Positions 22,856-34,882 of a stretch of 64,000 nucleotides of DNA are shown here, one piece after another. How positions within the stretch are numbered: position 1 is the first letter of the stretch; every line of letters starts with the position of its first letter. The stretch covers positions 2,480,001-2,544,000 of the forward strand of contig CM106585.1 of assembly GCA_048013815.1 (NCBI GenBank). Direction: 5' to 3'. Position numbers and translations under genes: made by a program. Under the pieces are notes generated by a model. That model was given only the letters and a program-made list of their open reading frames with translations, made no database searches and had not been told where the DNA came from. This stretch comes from Setoptus koraiensis. Lineage: Eukaryota > Animalia > Arthropoda.

Positions 22856-25476
22856 ATGTATATAAATACAGCAAATATGGCAAAATCACACCACCATCAT
22901 CAGAGAACAACAACAGCAATCATGTTAACTACTATCTCGAATAGCATAAATTTATACAAAACACATAGACTATCTATTATCACATTAGCTCTAATATTAT
23001 TGACATCATCGTCATTGTCACTAACGCACGCGATAAAACGTGACGATTATGGCCAACAACAACAATTACAAAATTCTGGCCAGCAACAGCAACAATTATC
23101 GCCTGTCTATTCATCCTCAGTTTCGATATCCTCATCTTCGTTGCCCTCATCGTCTGCCTCATCTGTTGCATCTAGCGGCTCGTCTGGTTCATCATCATTG
23201 TCCGGATCTGGCCTGTCTGGCTCGCAACAATCTCTGTCATCCCCCTCATCTCAATCATTGTCATCACAATCGGCCTCTTCCAACAACCAAAACAACAATC
23301 AAAATCCGACCTCAATATATTCACAACAATCCGCATACCAATCACCATCATCCTCATCAGCGTCGTCATCATCATTGGGATCTTCATCAATAAACAATCC
23401 GTCATCGTCGTCTTCATCTTCATCTAACATGGCCTCAATGAACAATCCACAACAATATGGCTCTTACTCATCCCGAGACGCATCGTCTTCGTCATCTAAC
23501 AACAACTACGCCAACAGTCCAACTTACACAGATCACGCTGTCTCAGCTAGCAGTCAATCCAATAGTTACCAGCAGGCAGCGGCTAGCGTCAATCAGGCAC
23601 TCGCCTCTTCCGGTCTACTCAACAGTCTGTCTTCAGGCTCTGGTTCAGGCTCGTCCTCTAGCGGAAACAACGGACCAAATCCAAGTTCGTCGTCGTCCTC
23701 CAATTCACCATCATCTAATTTGGCCTACTATTATTATTATCCTAGCAGCAAAGAGTCAAGCAGTCAGGCAGTGAAACACAACCAAGGCTCAGATTTGGGC
23801 TCATCATCATCAGGTGGCTACCAAGCCAGCAATCAGTATCAAAGTTTGTTGTCTTTCCCATCGTCGTCTAGCTCGTCATCTTCGCCATCATCGTCATCGG
23901 CAAACAATGGAAATGGACTTTCGTCATCTGGTGTGTCAGGATCAATGGACGCAGCCAGCTCATTAACTTCGATGGCTCTCAATGGAATGTCGCACGGACT
24001 TGCCGGTTCGGGCAATTTAGACACAGCGGCCAGCAGTCAGGACACTAGCTATCTGCCCCAGCCAGACCAATACAGCAATCAGCAACCATTTACAAGTGGC
24101 AATCAGGGCAACGGTATGGGCAGCAACAGTGGCTCAGGAGCACAACAGCAACAACAAAATCAATATCAGCAACAATACAATGCCATGAATTCCTACAGCG
24201 ATTATACCAGTCCACCTAATCAAAATAATGGTAACATGTTGTCGCCTCAACAGCAGCAACAACAGTCATCTCTCAATATTGGATTAAGCCACCAATCAGC
24301 TGGTCAACCGGCCGTCCAACAGCAGTCTGGCCAAGCTTCGTCGCCTAATGCCTATCATGATCTGTCCTCGTATCCTAGTACATTATCGCAAATGAGCGCC
24401 AATCAGCCATCAATTGTAGGCGGCCAACAACAGTCAACTGTGTCAAACGGAGCTTATCCAACTAGCCAACATATGGCCAATTCAATGAATAATCCATTTG
24501 GAGCACCAAGTGTAGCCAACAACGGAAATCAGGGCAATTTGCAAAATCAATTGGCTGGCAACAATATGTTCACTGCAAGTGAATTAACCAATGCCTTTAA
24601 TGCTTTCAATATGCCCAATTCACAAGCCAACGATCAACTTGGCTCAATGGGCGCAAATTCTAATCCTTACGCAGCGTTTGGTTTAGGTGGCGCTTTTGGC
24701 CAACAAGGTGGCGTCAATCAAGCTGGTCAGGGTAGCTTCAACGGAGCCCAATATCAGCCAAGCTCAAATCAATTCGGTGGTCAGTTTGGCGCAAGTGGCT
24801 TCAATCAGCCCACTGGTCAGGCCAGCACAAATCAATACTCTAGTTTGTTGCCGCCAAACAGTCAACAAGATCAAAGTGCCTCGTCGAGCACACTGTCAAC
24901 AACAAATTCACGCCGTCATGGTATAGCCTCTTACATAATGCCTCTGTTGGCTGTTGCTGGTTTGAGTATGCTTATTCCAACATTGAGTCAATTTGGTGTT
25001 GCTGTTGGTAGAAAGAAACGTTCCATTGGTGACAGTGGCCAATTTCCTAGCAAAGATCAACATCAGCACGCCAAAGAGACGCTGATTAGTGAATACTCAG
25101 ACAAGATTCAACGTTACTATTCGATTTACAGAAGCGCCGTTGAAAACGACGACTGTATGAATAGGCTAATATGTGAATTGGGTGACGCTGTCAAAGAAGT
25201 CAGAGGCAAAGCGGCGGTAGTTACGTAAGTTAAGACCAACTCGACTTGATTGCTATTAGATTTTATACTGATTTAGTTTCAATCCATCAACGACTAATGA
25301 ATTGACCTCATTATGAATCTCATAATCTTATCTCATTATATCATTTTCTGAGCAGTGTGATTGAAAAATTGGTGCCATCTTGGATGACAGGCAAAGTGCA
25401 CGTATTCAAGGACGCCGCTTTGGCTTCAGAGAAGGGCAAATGCCATAAGCAGTTCGCTTGTAAAGTTCAGCTTTAA
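22856..25476 (+). CDS. Secreted Ser/Gln/Asn/Gly-rich protein with a C-terminal DM4/DM12-like domain; exons 22856-25224 and 25356-25476
   Basis: Signal-like LSIITLALILLTSSSLSLTHA, YYYYYP motif, hydrophobic stretch followed by GRKKRS, DCMNRLICELG, and a spliced C-terminus with KCHKQFAC. The start Met is uncertain. Confidence 0.8.
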
Positions 25477-26192
25477 TTGTGTAACAATACAACCAATCAT
25501 CAGTTCGACTCAACGGAAACAACAAAACACAATATCGAACCAAAAACAAAACCAACAACTACCACTATTAGTACATAGACAAAGATAGGCATACGGAAAA
25601 TGGCTATTACATAAGTGACAAGGACAATTTACAGTTAGTTCACATAATCAAGTGCTACAAAATTGATTGCAGGTAAATTGCTTGCCTACTTGTTGCTTGC
25701 ACCCAAAACAATGACAACAATATTTAATTATAATTAGTGATTTAATTGTCTTTTTTAAGCGAAAGACGATATAATAATCGGCTATTACGAGCGGCATTAA
25801 ACTTACTTAGAAATAAAACCACCACACACATACAAGATCGATTTGCAAGATAATACCACAACAACCAACAAATTCCAACAAGTCGCTAAAGACTGGCGGT
25901 GGTCATGTTGTCCAATCAACGGCCAGCAACTATAACGAAGAAAGCAACAAATAAATAAACGAGCTATACAAACAGAAGAGGAAATGATTATTGATTATAA
26001 TTTATAATAATAACGCGCGCCTAACGACAATAAAATAAAGGGTAATTCTTTTGAGTTTTTTGAAAAAATATTTCTTATTTAATCCGTAATAACAACAAAC
26101 TTTCTACCTAAGGCAGTGTGTTTATGTGTACAGTAACAAATTGATTGTATTTTAAATACTTGAGAAGTGGCAGTTTGACAGCGACTAGTCGG

Positions 26193-27179
26193 TCAGTTTG
26201 CACCATTAGTAGTAGTTGGCTTTGAAGAAGATTCTTTATATATTTGAGATTTTTGATATTGAGTGAGTCTTGTGCACCACTCTGACCAGTATTTGGAAAG
26301 TTTCTCCTCATCGAAATAATGAACAGAGGCGGGAGATCCGTCGGTATAGGCATAAATAAGAACTCCGCAAGTTACGTTGCCGCCGAGAATGTCATTTGCG
26401 AAATCGGGATCGTGATTGAGGGCCCCACAGTAAGCGGACACTTGCAGAGGACTGTCGTACAGTGACACGTCGGTGAGTTTTTGCTTGACGGTTGTCTTAA
26501 AATCGATCACAGTGAGCTTGTTGTCAAAGAAGGCGACGGCATCAACGATACCTCGGTAGCCCATTTGATTGTGAGTCACTGTATGCTCAACAAGTCTGAC
26601 ATTGGACACTCTTTCCTTGAGTACACCTTCAATACTTTTCCACAAATTAACAGCTATTTCTTCTGAGCATTCTTTCGGAGGTTCCTTGCCTAGAAAGAAA
26701 TGTTCCACCATTGAGTGTAGTTTTTTACCACGACTAAAAGTTTCATTAGTGTATTGAATAAAACCCTCGTGGCCGAGCTTTTTGATCATTGCTTTGCGCC
26801 ACTTTTGCAATAGGTAAGCCGCTTGGGCAGGCATTGTATCTCTGAGTATTGTAGTGATGGCTGGCAAGTGTTTCTCATCCGGTTTAAATGTTGAATGTGT
26901 CAATGGTAAAATTTGAGGCAAGTCTATTTTAAAAATCCTTTCGGGATTGACCATGGAATAGGTGATACTCTGATCGAGTAGCCTAACACGTTGGCATGCT
27001 GCCGGATTACCAAGCTTAAAATTTCTAATAACATTGGTAGTCTTTTTGATTGACTTTTTAGCCAGAATAGTGCTTAATCTCACAGGCATGACTTGATTGG
27101 TTGTTGTTGCTGATTTATTTTTCAATATTTGGAGAGACACTCGGCCTTGGTTGGGCGACATTTTTCTTTGTGGGTTCAA
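26193..27179 (-). CDS. MGME1: Mitochondrial genome maintenance exonuclease 1 (PD-(D/E)XK nuclease); intronless
   Basis: LPAITTILRDTMP, LQKWRKAMIKKLG, RGKKLH, YRGIVDAVA...VIDFKT and PLQVSAYCGALNHD. Confidence 0.88.
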   Translation of the reverse strand: MNPQRKMSPNQGRVSLQILKNKSATTTNQVMPVRLSTILAKKSIKKTTNVIRNFKLGNPAACQRVRLLDQSITYSMVNPERIFKIDLPQILPLTHSTFKPDEKHLPAITTILRDTMPAQAAYLLQKWRKAMIKKLGHEGFIQYTNETFSRGKKLHSMVEHFFLGKEPPKECSEEIAVNLWKSIEGVLKERVSNVRLVEHTVTHNQMGYRGIVDAVAFFDNKLTVIDFKTTVKQKLTDVSLYDSPLQVSAYCGALNHDPDFANDILGGNVTCGVLIYAYTDGSPASVHYFDEEKLSKYWSEWCTRLTQYQKSQIYKESSSKPTTTNGAN

Positions 27180-27846
27180 TGTTGCCTATCGGATGCAGTG
27201 GGAGGAAGTGAATTGCCAAAAGAAATATCCCAACGAAAGCGGCGCATATTTCGAAATGTGTTTCATTGCCGGCCTAAAGAAATAGCAACCGCCGTTCTTA
27301 TTGTTTATTTTTTTATTTTTATTTTTTAATATTCTGTGCAGCACATTCCTGTGCACTGTGCACTCATTCGTCGGCCTGACTCACCGATCGTGATTCAACT
27401 CCCGCTTGGGGAGACGGGAGATGTCTCCCAGGGAGAGTCCACATCTCCTGTTTCTGCCACTTTTCCCGTTCCTCCCATTTTTCTCCCGTTTTCCATTTCA
27501 AACGACTAGAGCTGGAAAAAATGAATGATAAACACGTACGTGTATAAATAATTAGATTTCTTAGATAGACACATGTGAATGCACAAACAATGAGACAGCT
27601 ATTCCACTCACAATGTCTCGGCATCGATTAGATAACAAGTGTGTCCTTCACCGACCAATCCTGAGAGTTGTCGCGTTGAACACTCTCATCGTCAAACCTA
27701 CCAGACTAAATTAATATCAATATACTGGTTATAGCCAAAACAAATCGGAATAATATTAAATTGACATCATCATATCATCGCTACACCGGATATAAGATAT
27801 AATTTTTGTTTTTGTTGTTGTTGTCGGCGTTGCGGCGCTTTAAATA

Positions 27847-29214
27847 ATGGCTAAAACACATCAGCATAGGGCGAGTTTCCGTGCCATTGGAAACGTGTTG
27901 CGTCCCATCAGGGGCTGGATAAACAACAATGATAATGGTTCGGCCAACAATAATACCAACAATAGAATAGTTCACGATAATCTTCTTTTGGGAAATGGTA
28001 CAGTTAACATACAGCAGCAGCACCCGCACCAAAACGGATTGAGGAACCACAATGGACAGCAACAGGCGGCCTTGGACGACCAATACATTAACGATAGTGA
28101 TCACGAGGCCGACTTGACATTTCGTCGATCATTGAAGGCCAGAATGTCGTTGCCCATAGTCAAGGCACCGAGGCCGATGTCGGCATCGCCCGCCATGACA
28201 ACAACCATGACATCAACAATACAAACGACACCACAAAAGACAAAGGACAGTCAACAACAACACCAACAACAACAACACGACCAACAACAACACCAACAGC
28301 ACCACCACCAACAACTTGTACCACAGCACCAACAACTTGTGCCACAGCACCAACAACTTGTAACACAACACCAACAACAACCTGTGACACAACAACAACT
28401 TGCACCACCGCAGCAACCTGCACCACCGCAACAGCAGGCCTCGTTGGGCCTTGTCTATTTACAATTCAACACCGAAACTAAGAGGGCTACTTTGCCAAAT
28501 GAAATTACAACCATTGATACTGTTCACGCATTATTTGTTAGATCATTCCCCCATCAGCTTACAATGAACTTTTTTTCATCGCCTGATATAAAAATTTACA
28601 TTCATGAGGCAACACGTAACGTCTTTTATGAATTGCAAGATGTTCAAGATATTAGAGATCAATCATTATTGAGAATATATCGACAAGATCCCAGAAATAG
28701 TATCTATCAGCCACTTAGACCTAAAGTGTCGTTGCCGATAGCCACCCCAGGCTCAAGAGAACCCATATACGCCACAAGCGAATCTCTACTCGCTCAACAA
28801 CAGCAAATCCAGCAACAACAACAGCTTCGGCAACAACAACTCCAGCAACAACAACTTCAGCAACAACAACTTCAGCAACAGCAACAACAACACTACAGGC
28901 AACTACAATTATATCAAGCATACTCAGGGAAACCACCGACGATGCCTTTACCGCCACCACCACCGAAGCCACAGAGAATGATTTATTTCAACAACAACAA
29001 CCACTATGGCAGTGGAACAATATCAAATGGCAACAGCTCAAGCCCAAATCGATTAGTTAGCAATACAATTGAAAAAGTTCCCCCAGAAACTATGGTGGAC
29101 GAGGAAGCTAGAAAACGCGTGATGCTGTTGGAGCAAAAGCTGGATAATCTCACCGATCTAGTTCAAACGATTCTCAGCCTCCATCGGTCACGTTCATTAT
29201 CTGTGCAGCCTTGA
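27847..29214 (+). CDS. SRCIN1/KIAA1217 (Sickle tail)-family protein with an AIP3-like domain; short single-exon form
   Basis: LGLVYLQFNTETKRATLPNEITTIDTVHALFVRSFP...KIYI...VFYELQDV.DIRD.SLLRIY and coiled coil RVMLLEQKLDNLTDLVQT. Confidence 0.82.
   Translation: MAKTHQHRASFRAIGNVLRPIRGWINNNDNGSANNNTNNRIVHDNLLLGNGTVNIQQQHPHQNGLRNHNGQQQAALDDQYINDSDHEADLTFRRSLKARMSLPIVKAPRPMSASPAMTTTMTSTIQTTPQKTKDSQQQHQQQQHDQQQHQQHHHQQLVPQHQQLVPQHQQLVTQHQQQPVTQQQLAPPQQPAPPQQQASLGLVYLQFNTETKRATLPNEITTIDTVHALFVRSFPHQLTMNFFSSPDIKIYIHEATRNVFYELQDVQDIRDQSLLRIYRQDPRNSIYQPLRPKVSLPIATPGSREPIYATSESLLAQQQQIQQQQQLRQQQLQQQQLQQQQLQQQQQQHYRQLQLYQAYSGKPPTMPLPPPPPKPQRMIYFNNNNHYGSGTISNGNSSSPNRLVSNTIEKVPPETMVDEEARKRVMLLEQKLDNLTDLVQTILSLHRSRSLSVQP
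28309..28437 (+). repeat. Coding 21-bp tandem repeat (QQLVPQH)n degenerating to QPAPPQ
   Basis: CAACAACTTGT(A/G)CCACAGCAC units read directly. Confidence 0.85.
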
Positions 29215-30293
29215 ATTGTGTAACCTCTCTAATATAGTAAATAATTGACAATTCAAATATATACTACACACTTTAATTGCTATAAGCGAATAGTGATTGA
29301 TTTCTATTTTTGACACCGTTAGCTAGAAGTGGCTATCTATTGGTGGTCATTACTACAGCTAGATAGTTATAATGTTGAACTTGTATGTGTGAGTTGTTTT
29401 AGTCTTGGAACGAAGCCATCAATTGGTTGGCTTGGTCGTAGGGCACTCAATATCTAAACTACGAGCAGAACTTTATCATTAGCCGAATGCATGGGCTTCA
29501 ATAGGAGCTGTTTAGTTAGTTTGAGAATTCAGTTTAGTTGAATAGTGATGGCAGTGGTTAAATCTCACCATCAATTGCTTATCTGAGTGCTAAAAAGTAA
29601 CTTGACCAACCAACAAGCGTTGTATGTTTTTTGATAGAAACTAAGCAACAGTGCTTGGTGGTGGTCATCTTGGTCGTATAACGGTGCACCTCTGATGCTA
29701 ATCTTAGCACTCTAACTTCGGAAACATGTATTCACGGTCAAGCGGTAAGTGGTAGTTTAGGAATAGTAGTTGTGGTTGACTGTACTTCTTTTTCTTGCTT
29801 ACATACTTAGCTGGCCGGCTTGTTTGATTACTTCCACATTGAATGGTGCATGCATCCTATTCTAGTATTAGATGTTGTAGGCATAGCATGTAGTAAAAAT
29901 AGTAAAACTCGAAGCAACAGTTATAAATGTTAGTTAGTTAGTTTGTAGGACAGAAGTTTGTAGAAGAAGTGGATAAGCTGCAAGTTTCCCAAAGATTCGA
30001 TGCCGTTCTCTTCTTTTTAATCTTTCCAGTCAGTCCCGTTGATCGACGAGTCCGCTCTCTAAAAAACTATCTCACCACACCTGTGCTGGCTCTCTTCCTA
30101 TACAGCAAACTCACCAACTTGTACCATAGTCTTACAATGGAACCTCACTAAATAAAAATACATATTTCTGATAAGAGAATTAATTAGACAATAAACATTT
30201 CATTTGTGTGAGTGTGTTTTCGTGTGACGACTAGCTATAACTGTCGCTCACCTCAGTCCATTTTAGCGATCGCCCCCGCCAAACTTCATTACT

Positions 30294-31683
30294 ATGGACG
30301 TTGTAAGATACATTTTGACAAGATTGCAAAATAGCATGCATATGAGAAACAATATGAGTAAGCATAACAATGTAATAATTATACTAATATTAGGAGCAAT
30401 TGTGGGCAATGTAGTGAAATCGACAAATTTAAACACAGAGAACATGTTGTCATCTCACCAAATCAATCAACATCAGCGCCATCACAACCACCACCAACAA
30501 CAACAACAATTTCATCAATATCTTCTCAATCAACAGCTAGAGCAACAGCAAGTTGCGTCCCGACAGAGTGCGAAAAATCTAACAAATGCCAATTTACCGC
30601 TAGCTTCGAGAATAGCGTCGTTGCCCGGCGACAGCGCTGAACGTCCACTAATTGTGAGAGACAACAAACAACAACAACATTTGATTCAATATTTAAGACC
30701 CCAACTGTCAACTCAATCAGTAATAGCACGATCTTCACAAGCAACTGATTCATTGGCGAGGTCGCAAACAGCGTTAACTACTCAGTCGAGACAACAACGA
30801 AATGACAATACTATTGGCCAACTATGTAGAGGTAAGTAAGAGACTAATAAGATGTTACAGACAATATTGATCAAAACTGTCAAGTTCTTTTAATACTAAT
30901 GATTCAATCGATAAACGATCGATCTCTAGGCGCTAGGGATTCCGTTGGCAGCCTGGCCAAAATGGTTTCGTCATATCCGTTAGGTAAGATCCCGTTTATA
31001 TCTGTCTGCCTCTACTAATTCTCTTGCTATCATTATATAATTTCAATTACAAATTAAAATCAATTGCAATTCACTATTGCCACAACAACAGCCAGTATAG
31101 CAACTACAGCTGCTCTTGCCGGCCTATTTGCGGTGCCCTTTGTCGCGCCAGATCTTAAACGTAGTCTAGCCGGAGTGGGCAATCTTGAGGAGCGCATGCA
31201 GGATATGCAAGGCCGACTAGAATCATTTGTTGGCTGGATAGAGCGATCAGTGGAAGTTTTGCCAGCTTTGCCTAGACTACATCCGTTAGAGTGCGTCAAG
31301 AGGGCCGTTTGTGAGGTGCATCATGACAGGAAAAAGTACGGCATACCAGGATTGATTTTACAAGTGATGTTTCCGTAAGTAACAGTGACCATGCATTCTC
31401 AATTTACTCCTATTGCCCCATGTGATTACCATATCACAATTAATAATAACAATAATATTGCTTCTCAATTTACCTGATATCGATAATAATAACAATCACG
31501 CAAAATAGAGCCGAATTGGAGAGCGATGGCCCTTCTAAAGTGATCAACAAATACAAGCTTGCTGCCGGCTACGGGAGATACAACACTTCACAAGACCCGG
31601 ACGCGTGTAGTTCCAAATACGAGGAATGTGTAGTAAATCTGCTGGATATTGTCCAAAATCTCATGGGGTTCATCCTACAATGA
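30294..31683 (+). CDS. Second secreted DM4/DM12-like protein; exons 30294-30831, 30930-30983, ~31091-31374, 31509-31683
   Basis: Signal-like VIIILILGAIVGNVVKS, HPLECVKRAVCE, INKYKLAAGYG and DACSSKYEEC. Intron phases are consistent. The start Met and exon 3 acceptor are uncertain. Confidence 0.8.
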
Positions 31684-34600
31684 CAAAAACAACAACTAAA
31701 GCAACGACACATTGACAATCCTTATTTAAATAATATTTATAATAATAGCAATAATAATAATAATAGTAATAATAAAAAAACAATATCAATAATGGTATGC
31801 CTCCGTCGCCTGTTGTGTGTCTTTGGCATGTGTTTGCGTTATGTGATCTGCAAAAGACAAACATGTTGTTGCAGTGATTAAATCTTATCCCCTTTCTAAG
31901 TGACCTTGCTAGGATGTGCGAAAATAATAATAATAAGGCTCTCTTCTCCGACTAATAATAATATTAATAATAATAGTAATGGTAATAACTTATCGATGCT
32001 CATCAGGTGGGTGCGATTCAGTAGTATGAGTAGGAGTTTGTTTGTGATTCCTATTAGAATAGGATGGCCGTCAGTCCATTTAGTTTGGTGATAATGATGA
32101 TAATACAATTAGGCAACATATTTGCCTAGCCGTAACATAGATTCTCTCATCGACAACATGCGTGACAATGATAGTGCATGGATTAGAACAGTTTTCATTG
32201 ATCCGAGAGGCCAATTGTCGTCGAGCTGTGTGTCGTGGGCCGAGCTATTTTCTTTGGGTGCCAATGGTGTTTGACGTCAGTAGGCTGCCTTGATTATTTT
32301 CGAGGGACAGCCAGCGGCGGATATTATGTGACAGGAAAGGCCGTCGCCGCAAAATTCTGACAAAGATAATAGAATCCATATGAGAGCCACTGATACAAAT
32401 ATTGCCAATAATTCAACTATTGTGTCACAAATGAGATCGGGCAATTGATTTTGGGCCATGAGCAACATGAGAGAGTCTAAATCGGTTTGATCTGAGTCGG
32501 CCATAAGCTCATACAAATGCTTCAACAGGAAACTGGTCAATTCTATCATCTTGTACAGCTGATTGTGTTGTTAGTTGGTTAGTGTTGATTGTCAATTAAT
32601 TAGTTAATTAACGAGATTGTTGTGACTTGTGTTTGTATCGATGGTGGCAATGCGACTGAATGATAAAACTTTGTTAATTCAACTTGTCGTCTTGCTTGCT
32701 ATGTGTTTTTATATGTTTTTGCATTTAATTAATTGATTTGTTGCTGCTGCAAGTATGGAAACTAATTGGATGCGTGTGTGTGTTCGCCAGTTTGTGTCTG
32801 AATTGATATTAACATGAAATGTGCAACTGCAAATATATTTATACTATTGTCAGAGTACACATGTGTTTACTTGAGATTATGATTAGTTACTGTTGGTATT
32901 ACTGTCACACTATGTGCAAATCAATTATCATAGATCGACATGAGGTCACGTCCAAATGGTTGTGCGTTTATTCTTTTATTATATTTTTTGACTGCAATTG
33001 GATTTGGATTTGTATTCCAACACGAGACAAGATGACGATGATACGATTGTTCATTCACATGATGATGGCTTGACATGCCAATATGATAATATTACTGACA
33101 TATTTACTACTAGGAAGTCACTGATAGTTGTCTTATTTCTGCTGTTGGTGTTGCGAGCATGACGCACGAACAGATAAGATGATCAACAAATGCCCATTTG
33201 TCGATAGAATAAGAAAGTAACTACTACCCATACTATTATTGGCTATACGCTGATGATAACAACATCACTGATATTGTTAGCTCCATAATATTTGTCTAGA
33301 TAGACATTACATAGACAGAGACAGAGAGCGAGCGAAAGAAAGCAACAGAGAAATAATATAATAATAGTGTGTGTATAAATAGAGACACAGACTGAACAGA
33401 CTGAACAGGTTGATTGAGTTTTTGATTTGATTGGCCTGATGGGTCGCACGACTTTGACTTAACATTGAATACAAGTTTTTGTGTTTATATCACAACTATT
33501 ACACTATCATAACCATTGCAAGTGGCAAGCTTAACATGAGTCACCATGACTACGCCTCCTCTCGCCTTATGTTTGTTTGCGTGTGTTCTTTTAAATATTA
33601 TAATAATATAATAATAATTACATACATATCAGAGCTTCACTTGTAAAAAATAGCTGGCTTTAGAGGTGTTGAGTTTCAAGTATTTCGCATTCGTATATCA
33701 GGTAGTTGCTGTTGTCAGTTTGTTGTTTCTTGCTCGCTGATGTGATTGAGTAACACCACCTCATCTTGTAGCTCTTGTTAGTAGTTTAAACTTGCCACTT
33801 GAGGCTGAATAGAATATAGCGAATCAAGTGTAGTCATTAAAGTTCCATGATGAAACCAACCAATTGTGTTGCCGCTTTTGTGTCAACTGTCCAATGTTCA
33901 AGATGAATAAATCACACATCATCTCGAAAGAGGCTCAAATGTATCGAGACTGTCTTATTCAGACAGTTTATCTATTGCAGTTACTATAGTTTATTTGATT
34001 TATCAGCTGCAGGCCTCGTGCTGCAGGTGAATTAATATTGGCCAAGCGTTGATTGGCCAACAAAAAAGAAATCATTCGGTTTATGCAGACAGACAACTTG
34101 TTGCTGATGGTTTGAGATTATAACAGGAACAGTTAACAGGAGCTTGACAGTTATTCTACCAAATGTCATCTGCTTTTTGTCGTGTATTGGCGATAGACGG
34201 CATTGCGCTTGCCAACAATATGTCTGGGTCTTGGCTTGTTGGCGAAACAGAATAATCACTGACGCAACTCGTGGTCCACTGTCAATTGTGAGTGTAGTCG
34301 TTGGATGTAAATTATAAGATTTACAATTTATTAGTGTGTCAGGTCACTTGTTTTGCTGTATTGCAACAGGACACACAGACACAATCAGCTATGTCATCCA
34401 CTCACTCACTCTTGGATTGCGTCGTTGTTGCTCATGATGTAATCGTATCGTTCTTTGTTACGTGTGCTCTATCTAACCTGTCACTATGTACCTGCGAACT
34501 GCATGCAGTATATGTTATTGCATACATGTTATTCGTGACGTGTTAGGTGATATAACAAAAAAAGAAAAAGAAAATGATCGAATGTTGGTTAATACAATAA

Positions 34601-34728
34601 TATTCGTTTTTTGTTTCAAAATTGAATTATTGATTTGAGTCTAGCTTGCAATTTGAATGTGCGTTACCACAAATGCACCTGTTGCAAAATCCGATAGTCA
34701 ATCGGTTATGCAACAACGACAGCCTCGG

Positions 34729-34882
34729 CAACAGCAACAACAGCAACAACAGCAACAACAGCAACAACAGCAACAACAGCAACAACAGCAACAACAGCAA
34801 CAACAGCAACAACAGCAACAACAGCAACAACAGCAACAACAGCAACAACAGCAACAACAGCAACAACAGCAACAACAACAAC
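34729..34882. repeat. Near-perfect 9-bp tandem repeat (CAGCAACAA)n, about 17 units
   Basis: Direct reading of the sequence. Confidence 0.95.

Noticed and set aside
33822-33833. ATCAAGTGTAGT matching the U2 snRNA branch-recognition region
   Set aside because: The flanks do not match U2, so it is only a 12-nt coincidence.
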